Assembly: GCA_030637405.1 (NCBI GenBank)
Contig: DAOWGP010000034.1
Coordinates: 1,358 to 65,357, forward strand
Length of the DNA stretch: 64,000 nucleotides
Origin: Candidatus Omnitrophota bacterium
Lineage (GTDB): Bacteria > Omnitrophota > Gorgyraeia > Zapsychrales > Zapsychraceae
Direction: 5' to 3'
The position numbers were made by a program, and so were the translations under genes. Of this stretch, positions 1 to 9,153 are shown one piece after another. Position 1 is the first letter of the stretch; every line of letters starts with the position of its first letter. The notes beneath the pieces were generated by a model, which saw only the letters and a program-made list of their open reading frames with translations, was not told the origin of the DNA and made no database searches.

Positions 1-228
1 TTTACATTTGTAACGACAGTTTCGATCGCCTTCCCAAGACATATGAAGAATGTCACGGATGGGAACACACTTAAAAATCCGCCCATTCTTCGTTTTATGC
101 ATCCCAAAACGTGTCTTGTAAATTGCACAGTAATATTTGCCTTTGCTTGTTTCCAATAAACTATCCCGCAGCAAGCTACAAGGAATTCTTTCGATTAAAT
201 GTTCACAAGGGTCATCTTCAGGAATACC

Positions 229-260
229 GCAGCATGACCCGCAGCATGACCCGCAGCATT
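229..260. repeat. 12-nt tandem repeat gcagcatgaccc, about 2.7 copies
   Basis: Direct reading: gcagcatgaccc at 229-240 and 241-252, partial third copy 253-260. On the minus strand it encodes GHAA-GHAA within a 52-aa small ORF. Confidence 0.8.
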
Positions 261-437
261 GGCATAGCTTTTCCCATTTTTCAAGTCGCATTTCCTGCGA
301 TTGACGATATTTTCCTCTTCAGAATAGTCGGATTTTAAGCCCATATATTTCAACAATTTACAGCAGATTCGTGGTAAAAAATCCGGTTTTACACAAAAAA
401 ACTCTTCTCAGGAAACCTACCCTAAAGAAGAGAAAAT

Positions 438-615
438 AAGCCGATAAAGGAGGATGTCTCCCTCACCGCACTTCGGCAACTCAGCCACCATTTCGCCATC
501 AACCGTTCTTATGTCTTAGGTGCCCAATGCGCCTCTAAGGGCCTTTTAGGTGTCAGACAATTTAGGTCTGTAGTTTTGTGCCCCCAGGTTTCCCTGGGTT
601 TACCTTTATCGGCTT
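438..615. other. Candidate structured RNA or MITE-like element: a perfect 13-bp closing helix enclosing several internal hairpins
   Basis: aagccgataaagg (438-450) is the exact reverse complement of cctttatcggctt (603-615). Internal hairpins include cccagg-tttc-cctggg, cagac-aatttag-gtctg and cttagg...cctaag. The region is non-coding on both strands, downstream of trpF. Confidence 0.35.
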
Positions 616-670
616 ACTGTAAGGATACCATATTTCTCAACGACTTTCAAGGGACTAAAGTCGTTTCCTA

Positions 671-1291
671 TCAAGGGCTTACAAGATTTACAGAATCAAA
701 GAAGCTCCTGATCAAACGTGGATTTTTGATCCCTGGAGACTTTTCCACTCCGCTTGAAACATCGATAGCAAAGGGTTTCGCTGCAGCTAAAGCCTCTTGA
801 ACATTCTGCGGATTTAGGCCTCCAGACAATATAACGGGTTTCTCGATCTTATGTTCTTTAAGAATATCCCAATTAAATACCTTGCCTGTTCCACCAGAAA
901 CTCCCTCTTCATAGGTATCAAACAAGTACGCGTCCACTTTATATTTCTTTATGACATCAACTGGGAAATAATCCCCAATACGAAATGCCTTGATAACCTT
1001 AAAATCCGTAAACCGTTTGCAATAGACGGCTTTTTCCTCTCCATGAAACTGGACCGTACGAATACGGGTAAATTTACAGATGTCCCGGACAGCCCGATCG
1101 GATTGATCAACAAACACGCCAACCGGTGTCACAAAAGGCGGCAAGGCTTCAATGATCTTCCTCACGCGGCTCGGAGAGACATACCTCGGACTTTTTTTAG
1201 AAAAAACAAATCCTAGCGCCCAAGCCCCATAATAAACCGCTTTTAGAGCATCCTCACTGTTCGTTATTCCACACACTTTAACTCTGACCAT
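671..1291 (-). CDS. trpF: Phosphoribosylanthranilate isomerase
   Basis: N-terminal MVRVKVCGIT is the PRAI signature; about 200 aa; sits in a trp gene run. Confidence 0.9.
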   Translation of the reverse strand: MVRVKVCGITNSEDALKAVYYGAWALGFVFSKKSPRYVSPSRVRKIIEALPPFVTPVGVFVDQSDRAVRDICKFTRIRTVQFHGEEKAVYCKRFTDFKVIKAFRIGDYFPVDVIKKYKVDAYLFDTYEEGVSGGTGKVFNWDILKEHKIEKPVILSGGLNPQNVQEALAAAKPFAIDVSSGVEKSPGIKNPRLIRSFFDSVNLVSP

Positions 1292-2063
1292 AGAGAACTC
1301 TCCTTATTTTCTTACCAATATCTTCTTCCCGCATAAACGTTTCCCCAATAAGCACGCCATGGGCTCCAATCTTTCTTAACGCCTTAACTTCTGAATGTTT
1401 TTTAAATCCACTTTCCCCGACAATAACTTTTCCTTTAGGGATCTTCGGAATGATACGCGCGCAGGTTTGCATATCGACAACAAAGGCATGCAGATCACGA
1501 TTATTCACACCGATGATCTCTGCCCCGGCATCACAAGCCCTTTTAAGCTCATTTTCGTTATGAACCTCAACCAGGCAATCAAGGCCCAGAGAATGCGCTG
1601 TATCGATCAACTCCTTAAGCCTGAGATCATCTAATATACCCACAATCAATAAAACGGCATTCGCTCCATTGACAAGGGCTTCATAGATCTGGCCGTCATT
1701 AATAAAAAAGTCCTTAGCCAGGACCGGAATGTTAACAACCTCGCTGATTTGTTTTACAAATTTCGGCTTCCCAAGAAAATATTTATCCTCGGTCAGAACC
1801 GAAATAGCCGCCGCATTATTTTCCGCGTAGATCTTGGCGATCGCTACCGGGTCAAAGTTTTCGCGAATCAGACCTTTTGAAGGCGAAGCCTTTTTGACCT
1901 CAGCAATCAGCTTGATCTGTCCCGGCCCGGCGATCCTGTCCCGGAATAAATGCGGGCGCGCACATTCTTTAGCCTTCCATTTGAGTGAAAAATAAAAATC
2001 CTTTTTCTCTTTAATTAGGGCCTGCTTGTAATTCAAAATGTTTGTTAAAAAAGCTTCTGTCAT
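1278..2063 (-). CDS. trpC: Indole-3-glycerol phosphate synthase
   Basis: IAEVKKASPSKG and ISVLTEDKYFLG motifs; 261 aa; adjacent to trpD and trpF. Confidence 0.9.
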   Translation of the reverse strand: MTEAFLTNILNYKQALIKEKKDFYFSLKWKAKECARPHLFRDRIAGPGQIKLIAEVKKASPSKGLIRENFDPVAIAKIYAENNAAAISVLTEDKYFLGKPKFVKQISEVVNIPVLAKDFFINDGQIYEALVNGANAVLLIVGILDDLRLKELIDTAHSLGLDCLVEVHNENELKRACDAGAEIIGVNNRDLHAFVVDMQTCARIIPKIPKGKVIVGESGFKKHSEVKALRKIGAHGVLIGETFMREEDIGKKIRRVLYGQS

Positions 2064-2073
2064 TAAATTGCCC

Positions 2074-3093
2074 TTAAAATCTTTGTGTAAACTGTTTTAA
2101 TTCGTTAAGTTTATCCAGTGCTTTAGCCGAATCGATCGTCGCCTTGGCCATATCCATCCCTTGCGAAATACTCGTAACTTTTTCTGCGACATAAAGCGCA
2201 TAGGCGGCATTCAAGAGAACAATATCCATCTTTGGCCCGGCTTTACCGATCAATATCTCCTCACAGATACGGACATTTGTCTCTAGACCACCACCTTCTA
2301 GATCGTGCGGTTTCGCGATGCTTATTCCTAGCTCCTCCGGTGAGATGTCGTAGGAAATAACCTCATTCCCGTCATATTCACTGATAAATGTTTTGTCGGT
2401 TATCGTGATCTCGTCTAAACCATCACTGCCATGAACAACCATTGCGCGTTTTAACCCTAAATTTTTAAGCACGTGGGCCATCGGCTCAACGAGATCCCGG
2501 CTATAAACACCCAGAATCTGATGTGTCGCGCGAGCCGGATTTGTCAGCGGTCCCAAAATGTTAAAGATCGTCTCCACGCCAAGCTTTTTCCGGATTGGAG
2601 CCACATTTTTCATCGCTGGATGAAGCTTTTGGGCGAATAAAAAAGCAATTCCAACCTCATCAAGGCAAGCGCTTAAATGCGCTTGCTCAACATTTAAATT
2701 AACTCCGAGGGCCTCCAAAACATCCGCGCTTCCACATTTACTGGAAACCGAACGGTTCCCATGTTTTGCGACAGCAACACCAGCTCCCGCAACAACAAGT
2801 GCGGTTACCGTTGAAATATTGAAAGTGTTTTTCTTATCACCGCCGGTCCCGCATGTATCTAAGACATCTTCGTGCTTTGTTTCAATACCCACTACAAACT
2901 TGCGCATGATCTTGGCCGCTCCGGTAATTTCGTCTACCGTCGGCCCTTTTTCTCTAAGCGCCAGCAAGAAACCTGAAATATCCTCCTCAGGGGATTCACC
3001 CGACATGATCTCATGCATAATTTCTTCGATCTCATTTTGGGTTAAATTTTCCTTTTTTTGCAATTTCTGGATACATGTTTTCATAATAATCAA
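2074..3093 (-). CDS. trpD: Anthranilate phosphoribosyltransferase
   Basis: GTGGDKKNTFNISTV glycine-rich PRPP loop; 339 aa. Confidence 0.9.
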   Translation of the reverse strand: MIIMKTCIQKLQKKENLTQNEIEEIMHEIMSGESPEEDISGFLLALREKGPTVDEITGAAKIMRKFVVGIETKHEDVLDTCGTGGDKKNTFNISTVTALVVAGAGVAVAKHGNRSVSSKCGSADVLEALGVNLNVEQAHLSACLDEVGIAFLFAQKLHPAMKNVAPIRKKLGVETIFNILGPLTNPARATHQILGVYSRDLVEPMAHVLKNLGLKRAMVVHGSDGLDEITITDKTFISEYDGNEVISYDISPEELGISIAKPHDLEGGGLETNVRICEEILIGKAGPKMDIVLLNAAYALYVAEKVTSISQGMDMAKATIDSAKALDKLNELKQFTQRF

Positions 3094-3123
3094 TCACCCT
3101 ATCCTGTCCCTACATGATGTTTC

Positions 3124-3693
3124 CTATGTTTTCATTGTTAAAAAATTCTTTAGAATTTTCTTTCCCTCTTTTGTCAATATTGATTCAGGATGGAATTGAA
3201 CACCCCAAAGCGGAAAATCTTTGTGCCTAAGAGCCATGATCTCGCCATCGCTTGTGCGCGCAGTTATTTCGAAACACTTAGGCATGGTTTTCTTTTCAAT
3301 CACTAATGAATGATAACGTGTCGCTTCAAACGGGTTTTCAATTGCTTTAAAGATATCTTTGCCGTTATGACGGATCATCGATGTTTTTCCATGCATTAAT
3401 TTCTTAGCCCGTATGATTTTTCCGCCATACGCATACCCGATACATTGATGCCCTAAGCAAACCCCGAGGATCGGAATTATTCCGGCAAATTCACGAATAA
3501 GATCAACAGAAATCCCCGCGCTTTCGGGGCGACCGGGCCCGGGAGAAATAACGATTTGCTTAGGCCGCATGCGCTTGATCTGTGCCAGCGTTAATTCATC
3601 ATTGCGGCACACCTTCAAATCGACTCCGAGTTCTCCGAAATATTGAACAAGGTTATACGTAAACGAATCATAATTATCGATCATAAGGATCAT
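3124..3693 (-). CDS. trpG: Anthranilate synthase component II (glutamine amidotransferase)
   Basis: [18 protein letters not shown] start, class I GATase with catalytic Cys (GVCLGHQ) and HPES; ends with a TAG stop. Confidence 0.88.
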   Translation of the reverse strand: MILMIDNYDSFTYNLVQYFGELGVDLKVCRNDELTLAQIKRMRPKQIVISPGPGRPESAGISVDLIREFAGIIPILGVCLGHQCIGYAYGGKIIRAKKLMHGKTSMIRHNGKDIFKAIENPFEATRYHSLVIEKKTMPKCFEITARTSDGEIMALRHKDFPLWGVQFHPESILTKEGKKILKNFLTMKT

Positions 3694-3751
3694 TTGTTTT
3701 TTCTCTGCTTCTTTCTTCTCCGCATCTTTGCTTCTTCTCTATTTCCTCTCT

Positions 3752-5014
3752 TTACTCTTCTTCTCTATATACCTTCGCCCCCAGGATTGTCAGCTTTTCA
3801 TCCAAAGATTCATAGCCGCGCTCTAAGTGATACATGCGATGGATCTCTGTCCTTCCTTTAGCCGCCAAGCCGGCAATGATCAAGGCCGCCGAAGCCCGCA
3901 GATCAGAAGCCATAACCGGAGCTCCATAAAGTTTTTTAATGCCCTGGACAATCGCATTAGATCCGTCGCGCCGGATATCCGCCCCCATCCGGTTTAATTC
4001 AGCAATATGCATAAACCGGTCGGGATAAACTTTATCGGTGATAACACTGACGCCTTGTGTGACCGCCATAAAAGCCATGAATTGCGCTTGCAGATCTGTC
4101 GGAAACCCGGGATAGGGATGCGTAGTAATTCCGATCGGCTTGATAGATTTTCTTGGCTTAACTTTTATAAGGCCTTCTTCATCGGTCACTTTAACGCCGG
4201 CCTGGTTGAGCTTATCGACAAGTACCATCAAATGTGAATAGCAACCATTGCGCAAAGAAATCGAACTTTTAGTCGCCGCGGCCATTAAAATATACGTGCC
4301 GGCCTCAATGCGGTCGGGTATAATTTTAAACGACGCTCCGCGAAGCTTTTTAACACCTGTCACCGTCAAACAATGACTACCTTTGCCCTTTATTTTTGCG
4401 CCCATCGCGACAAGAAAATGTGTAAGATTCTCTATCTCCGGTTCGCAAGCGGCTGATTCGATGATCGTCGTCCCCTTAGCGAGTGTTGCCGCCATTAAAA
4501 TATTGGCAGTCGCTAAAACGGATGAGCCGAACATTCCCCCCAAATAAATATGATTCCCTCGAAGGTGCCGGGCGTGCGCCGTCACATAACCATTAGCAAT
4601 CTCAATCCTTGCCCCCAACGCTTTGAGCCCCTTAAGATGCAGATCAACAGGACGGATACCAATAATACATCCGCCGGGTAATGACACTTTTGCTTTTTTT
4701 AATTTTGCAAGAAGAGGACCTAAAACACAGAACGACCCGCGCATCGTTGAAACCAACTTATAGTCGGCAACATGATTTAATTTACCTTTAGCTGAAATCG
4801 TAGCTTTGCTTCCCGCAACCTCAACGGTCTTTCCTAAAGATTCTAAAAGTGCTGTCATCGTTTTTGTGTCTCGCAATTGAGGCACATTACGCAAAACACA
4901 AGGCTCATCGGTCAACAGAGTCGCGGCCATAATCGGCAAAGCGGCATTTTTTGATCCGCTGATTGTTACCTCGCCTTTTAAGGGCATCTCACCTTCAATA
5001 ATTAATTTTTCCAT
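3752..5014 (-). CDS. murA: UDP-N-acetylglucosamine 1-carboxyvinyltransferase
   Basis: Typical MurA N-terminus (KLIIEG...GEVTISGSKNAALPIMAA), 420 aa. Confidence 0.92.
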   Translation of the reverse strand: MEKLIIEGEMPLKGEVTISGSKNAALPIMAATLLTDEPCVLRNVPQLRDTKTMTALLESLGKTVEVAGSKATISAKGKLNHVADYKLVSTMRGSFCVLGPLLAKLKKAKVSLPGGCIIGIRPVDLHLKGLKALGARIEIANGYVTAHARHLRGNHIYLGGMFGSSVLATANILMAATLAKGTTIIESAACEPEIENLTHFLVAMGAKIKGKGSHCLTVTGVKKLRGASFKIIPDRIEAGTYILMAAATKSSISLRNGCYSHLMVLVDKLNQAGVKVTDEEGLIKVKPRKSIKPIGITTHPYPGFPTDLQAQFMAFMAVTQGVSVITDKVYPDRFMHIAELNRMGADIRRDGSNAIVQGIKKLYGAPVMASDLRASAALIIAGLAAKGRTEIHRMYHLERGYESLDEKLTILGAKVYREEE

Positions 5015-5865
5015 TGCGCATCCATCCGGGCTATAACGACCCGCTTGGTCCCCACATAATCTTTATAAAAATGGATAACCGCATATCGCGGATACCGGGC
5101 AAAAATAGATTCAATAGCGTCGTGCTGGCCGTCACCAATTTCCATGATAAGAAAGCCTTTAGGATCTAATATTTGCCAACCATATTCGATGATCGTCCGG
5201 TAAAATCGTAAACCATCCTCGCCGCCATCTAAGGCAATCCGTGGTTCCCTGCGGACATCTTCAGGCAATTCATGAATGAGTCCTGCTGGAATATAGGGCG
5301 GATTAGAAACAATAACATCGAACATTTTTCCTGAATGCGCGCTATCTTTGAGATACGCCAGCATATCCCGACACGAAAATTGAATTTTCTGCTCAACATA
5401 ATTGGCGCTGGCATTTTCCTTCGCTAAGGCGAGCGCGTCATCACTGATATCTAAAGCTGTTATTGTTATGTTAACAATATTTTTTAAAAGAGCGATCGTA
5501 ATATTTCCGGATCCAACGCCGAGATCCAACACGTTGAGTGTTTTTTCTTCCCGCATTGATTTAATCTTTTCAATAGCCAGATCAACTAAGATCTCCGTCT
5601 CGGGACGTGGAATAAGCGCACGTTGATCAACCGAAAGCGCTGTACCCATAAAATCACATTGACCTAAAATATATTGTAAGGGCTCACCCTCGGCCCGCCT
5701 GGCTTTCATCAGATCACACTTAAGTTTCTGGGAAGAAGTCAGATATCCTTTATTTAACGCGAGATCAACGCGCCGGCAATCAAGTATAGAGGTCAGCATT
5801 AAATCATTTTCAGTCATTGGCCTGCTCCTGCGCATCCGCGTGATTGAGGGCTTCAGCGATCTCAT
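5002..5865 (-). CDS. prmC: Release factor glutamine N5-methyltransferase
   Basis: NPPY motif (VSNPPYIP), SAM-binding LDLGVGSG, directly downstream of prfA. The true start is probably the internal Met at about 5817. Confidence 0.88.
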   Translation of the reverse strand: MRSLKPSITRMRRSRPMTENDLMLTSILDCRRVDLALNKGYLTSSQKLKCDLMKARRAEGEPLQYILGQCDFMGTALSVDQRALIPRPETEILVDLAIEKIKSMREEKTLNVLDLGVGSGNITIALLKNIVNITITALDISDDALALAKENASANYVEQKIQFSCRDMLAYLKDSAHSGKMFDVIVSNPPYIPAGLIHELPEDVRREPRIALDGGEDGLRFYRTIIEYGWQILDPKGFLIMEIGDGQHDAIESIFARYPRYAVIHFYKDYVGTKRVVIARMDAQWKN

Positions 5866-6874
5866 CGAGGCTTCCGTCCATCACATCCATCAGCCGATGC
5901 GTTGTAAATCCGATGCGATGGTCTGTTACGCGACGATCAGGATAATTGTAGGTGCGGATCTTCTCGCTACGGTCACCCGAACCGACTTTAAGTTTTCGGT
6001 CCTGGGATTCTTTATCAGACCGCTCGCTCTGGATCTTATCCATTAAACGCGCCCGTAAAACACGCATCGCTTTATGCTTGTTCTTCAATTGTGAACGCTC
6101 ATCCTGACAAATAACGACAAGACCTGAAGGCAAGTGGGTAATGCGCACAGCCGAATCCGTCGTATTAACGCTTTGCCCTCCCGGGCCGGAAGAACGGAAA
6201 ATATCGATCTTCAAGTCCTTGGGGTCAATATTGATATCCACTTCTTCGGGCTCAAATAAAATAGCTACGGTCGCAGCAGAAGTATGTATGCGCCCTGAAG
6301 CCTCTGTTTCGGGAACACGCTGAACACGATGAGCGCCGCTTTCCCATTTTAGATGCTTCTCCGCACCTTTGCCGCTTACGCTGAAAATAATTTCCTTAAA
6401 GCCGCCGGTTTCCGACGCATTACTGCTAATGGCCTCAGCCGTCCATCCTTTTTGATCAGCATATTTTGTATACATCCTATACAAATCTGCCGCAAACAAG
6501 CTTGCCTCTTGCCCGCCGGTACCAGCCCGAATCTCAATGATCAGGTCGCGGTCTCTTTCCTGCTTCTTTGGATTGGTCAGATCATTAAGGTGATCTGAGA
6601 GACCCATCTTCTTTTCCTTTAGATCTGCCAGCTCAACTTTTGCCAATGCTTCAAACTCCTCGTCATGCTTTTCCTTAAGAAGCATTTCGGTTTCCTGGAT
6701 CTGTCCAACAATTTCTTTCAAGGATCGAAACGTTGTTACGACCAGCGTGATACCGGAATATTCTTTGGCCAATTTCGCGTATTGGCTTTGATCGGAGATC
6801 ATTTGAGGATCAGCAAGAAGCTGCTCTAATTCAGCATACCGCTCTTCGATTTTTTCGTACTTCTCCAATGCCAT
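5810..6874 (-). CDS. prfA: Peptide chain release factor 1
   Basis: GGQ motif (SGPGGQSVNTTDSAVRITHLPSG); 354 aa; paired with prmC. Confidence 0.9.
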   Translation of the reverse strand: MALEKYEKIEERYAELEQLLADPQMISDQSQYAKLAKEYSGITLVVTTFRSLKEIVGQIQETEMLLKEKHDEEFEALAKVELADLKEKKMGLSDHLNDLTNPKKQERDRDLIIEIRAGTGGQEASLFAADLYRMYTKYADQKGWTAEAISSNASETGGFKEIIFSVSGKGAEKHLKWESGAHRVQRVPETEASGRIHTSAATVAILFEPEEVDINIDPKDLKIDIFRSSGPGGQSVNTTDSAVRITHLPSGLVVICQDERSQLKNKHKAMRVLRARLMDKIQSERSDKESQDRKLKVGSGDRSEKIRTYNYPDRRVTDHRIGFTTHRLMDVMDGSLDEIAEALNHADAQEQAND

Positions 6875-6876
6875 AT

Positions 6877-7080
6877 TTACGTATTCTTTTTGTAACGTTT
6901 CTTGAAGCGTTCAATACGTCCCGCCATATCCACGAATTTCTTGTCTCCCGTGAAAAATGGATGACATTTGGAGCAGATCTCCACACGGATATTCTTTTTT
7001 GTCGACCGTGTATGGATCACCTCCCCGCAGGCGCAGGTGATTGTCGTCTCTTCATACTCTGGGTGAATCTTTGGTTTCAT
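6877..7080 (-). CDS. rpmE: 50S ribosomal protein L31 (zinc-ribbon C+ form)
   Basis: MKPKIHPEY start, CxxC...CxxC, 67 aa. Confidence 0.92.
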   Translation of the reverse strand: MKPKIHPEYEETTITCACGEVIHTRSTKKNIRVEICSKCHPFFTGDKKFVDMAGRIERFKKRYKKNT

Positions 7081-7171
7081 CTTTACTAACTCCCGTCATT
7101 TTCATCATTTACCATTAAGGTGAAATGACGAGGCTCGTACCCTATCGCGTAATAAGGGTGGGTACGGCCTT

Positions 7172-8545
7172 TTACATTTTATTGAGATTATCTAAGAACT
7201 CAGCGTTTGTTTTGTACTTTCCAACTTTATCGATCAGCAATTCCATTGCTTCGGCTGAATTGAGATCGTGCACGGCTTTGCGCAAAAGCCAAATGCGCTG
7301 CAAGTCATCTTCCGGAATCAATTTCTCTTCATGGCGCGTATTGGACCGTTTGATGTCGATCGCCGGATAAATCCTTCTCTGGAACAAGTTGCGGTCCAAC
7401 TGCAATTCCATATTACCCGTCCCCTTAAACTCCTCAAAAATAACTTCATCCATACGGCTTCCTGTTTCAATGAGCGATGTCGCGATAACCGTTAAACTGC
7501 CGCCCTCTTCAACAGCGCGCGCCGCGCCGAAAAACCTCTTCGGCTTGTGCAGCGCATTTGAGTCTACTCCACCGGAAAGGATTTTCCCGCTATGCGGAAC
7601 AACCGTGTTATAGGCCCGCGCCAAACGCGTGATACTGTCTAAAAGAATAACAACATCACGTTTATGCTCAACAAGCCGTTTTGCTTTTTCAAGCACCATT
7701 TCAGCGATCTGAACGTGACGCTCGGCCGGCTCATCAAAAGTGGAGGAGATCACCTCTCCCTTGACACTTCGCTGCATGTCCGTGACTTCTTCGGGGCGCT
7801 CATCGATCAATAGAACCATCAGAATAACATCCGGCTGATTCTGCATGATGGAATTAGCGACCTTTTGCATGAGCACCGTCTTGCCGCTATACGGCGGCGC
7901 AACTATCAATGCCCTTTGCCCCTTTCCTAACGGAGTCAGTAAATCCATGATCCGCATGGAAATTTCTTTCGGCCCGGACTCTAAAATGATCCGGTCCTTC
8001 GGATACAACGGCGTTAAATTATCAAAAAAGATCTTTTCTTTGCAGTTTTCCGGATTCTCAAAATTCACCGCCTCCACTTTGAGAAGCGCAAAATATTTCT
8101 CTCCTTCTTTCGGAGGGCGGATGTGACCGCCAACGCTATCGCCGGTCTTCAGATCAAACCGGCGGATCTGTGAAGGGGAAACATAGATATCATCAGGACA
8201 CGGCAGATAATTATAATTCACACTTCTTAAAAAGCCAAATCCTTCTGAGAGGATCTCCAGCGTCCCTTCACCAAACATCAAACCCTGCTTTTCGGCTTGA
8301 GCCTGAAGGATCTTGAAAATAAGATCCTGCTTGCGAATACCGCTTATGCCATTGACCCCCATTCCCTTGGCAAATTTCGACAGCTCGGACACCTTGCTAT
8401 CCTTAAGCTTGGTAATATCCATATAATTTTCTTTGTCGGGCTTGACATCTTTTTTTACAGCAGCCTTTTCCCTGCTTTGCGCTGTCTTTTCCATTGCCTT
8501 GCCCCCTCCGGTTGCTTTACTTTCTTTTATCATAGTTTTTCCCAT
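7172..8545 (-). CDS. rho: Transcription termination factor Rho
   Basis: RNA-binding N-domain, Walker A PPYSGKT, conserved C-terminal ATPase region. It carries a roughly 40-aa basic N-terminal extension; the true start may be the internal Met near 8422. Confidence 0.92.
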   Translation of the reverse strand: MGKTMIKESKATGGGKAMEKTAQSREKAAVKKDVKPDKENYMDITKLKDSKVSELSKFAKGMGVNGISGIRKQDLIFKILQAQAEKQGLMFGEGTLEILSEGFGFLRSVNYNYLPCPDDIYVSPSQIRRFDLKTGDSVGGHIRPPKEGEKYFALLKVEAVNFENPENCKEKIFFDNLTPLYPKDRIILESGPKEISMRIMDLLTPLGKGQRALIVAPPYSGKTVLMQKVANSIMQNQPDVILMVLLIDERPEEVTDMQRSVKGEVISSTFDEPAERHVQIAEMVLEKAKRLVEHKRDVVILLDSITRLARAYNTVVPHSGKILSGGVDSNALHKPKRFFGAARAVEEGGSLTVIATSLIETGSRMDEVIFEEFKGTGNMELQLDRNLFQRRIYPAIDIKRSNTRHEEKLIPEDDLQRIWLLRKAVHDLNSAEAMELLIDKVGKYKTNAEFLDNLNKM

Positions 8546-9153
8546 ATCTGTTTCACCTGTTTTATAGTTTGTTTTAATGTTCCATCGTTATCTATGATCA
8601 TATCCGCTAAACGGATTTTTTTTCGCAGGGGCATTTGCGCCTTTATGCGACGCTGTGCCTCTGACTTTGTTATTCTCAATAATTTTGTTGCCCGCGAGAT
8701 CCTGTTTGTCCTGCTCGCTTTCACTACAATCGAGATATCAACATCCCGGTCCAACTTCGCCTCAAACAAAAGCGGCACATCCAAAACAATGACCGTTTTG
8801 GGCTTGCGGCTTTTGTATGCCTTGATCTTCGCAAGTAGTGATCCGCGCACTTCAGGATGAACAATCTTCTCAAGCTTGCGCAATTGTCTTGAATTGTGAA
8901 ATACCTGTTTCGCGATTCTTTTCCGGTCAATCTTCCCCGCCGTTAAAACGTCTTTTCCAAAAGCTTTAACGATCCGCCCGAAACAAACACTGCCAGGGCG
9001 CATTAGCTGGTGGGCTATTGCATCCGCATCCAATACCTTTGCTCCCAGATCAGCAAACATCCCCGCAACCGTTGATTTTCCGGACCCTAAACTTCCCGTC
9101 AATCCGATCACGTGCGCCTTGGCAGTATCGGAAAACTTATTGCTTCTTGACAT
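8530..9153 (-). CDS. coaE: Dephospho-CoA kinase
   Basis: [15 protein letters not shown]-loop at the N-terminus; about 200 aa. Confidence 0.88.
   Translation of the reverse strand: MSRSNKFSDTAKAHVIGLTGSLGSGKSTVAGMFADLGAKVLDADAIAHQLMRPGSVCFGRIVKAFGKDVLTAGKIDRKRIAKQVFHNSRQLRKLEKIVHPEVRGSLLAKIKAYKSRKPKTVIVLDVPLLFEAKLDRDVDISIVVKASRTNRISRATKLLRITKSEAQRRIKAQMPLRKKIRLADMIIDNDGTLKQTIKQVKQIWEKL

Noticed and set aside
111-338. 75-aa plus-strand ORF with an MTRSMTRS repeat
   Set aside because: The repeat comes from the 12-nt tandem DNA repeat. There is no RBS or family resemblance. The minus-strand reading of the same repeat is no better supported, so neither was called as CDS.
438-615. Assignment of the structured element to RNase P RNA, tmRNA, SRP RNA or the lysine riboswitch
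   Set aside because: It is too short for RNase P or tmRNA and lacks their conserved boxes. The lysine-riboswitch-like boxes (AGAGGCGC, GCCGAAG) occur in the wrong order relative to the other L-box elements. It is kept only as an unclassified structured element.
8297-8860. 187-aa plus-strand ORF
   Set aside because: It lies entirely antisense to the rho N-terminus and coaE, which are strongly supported. The product is Cys/Phe-rich and low-complexity with no recognisable motifs; it looks like a shadow ORF.
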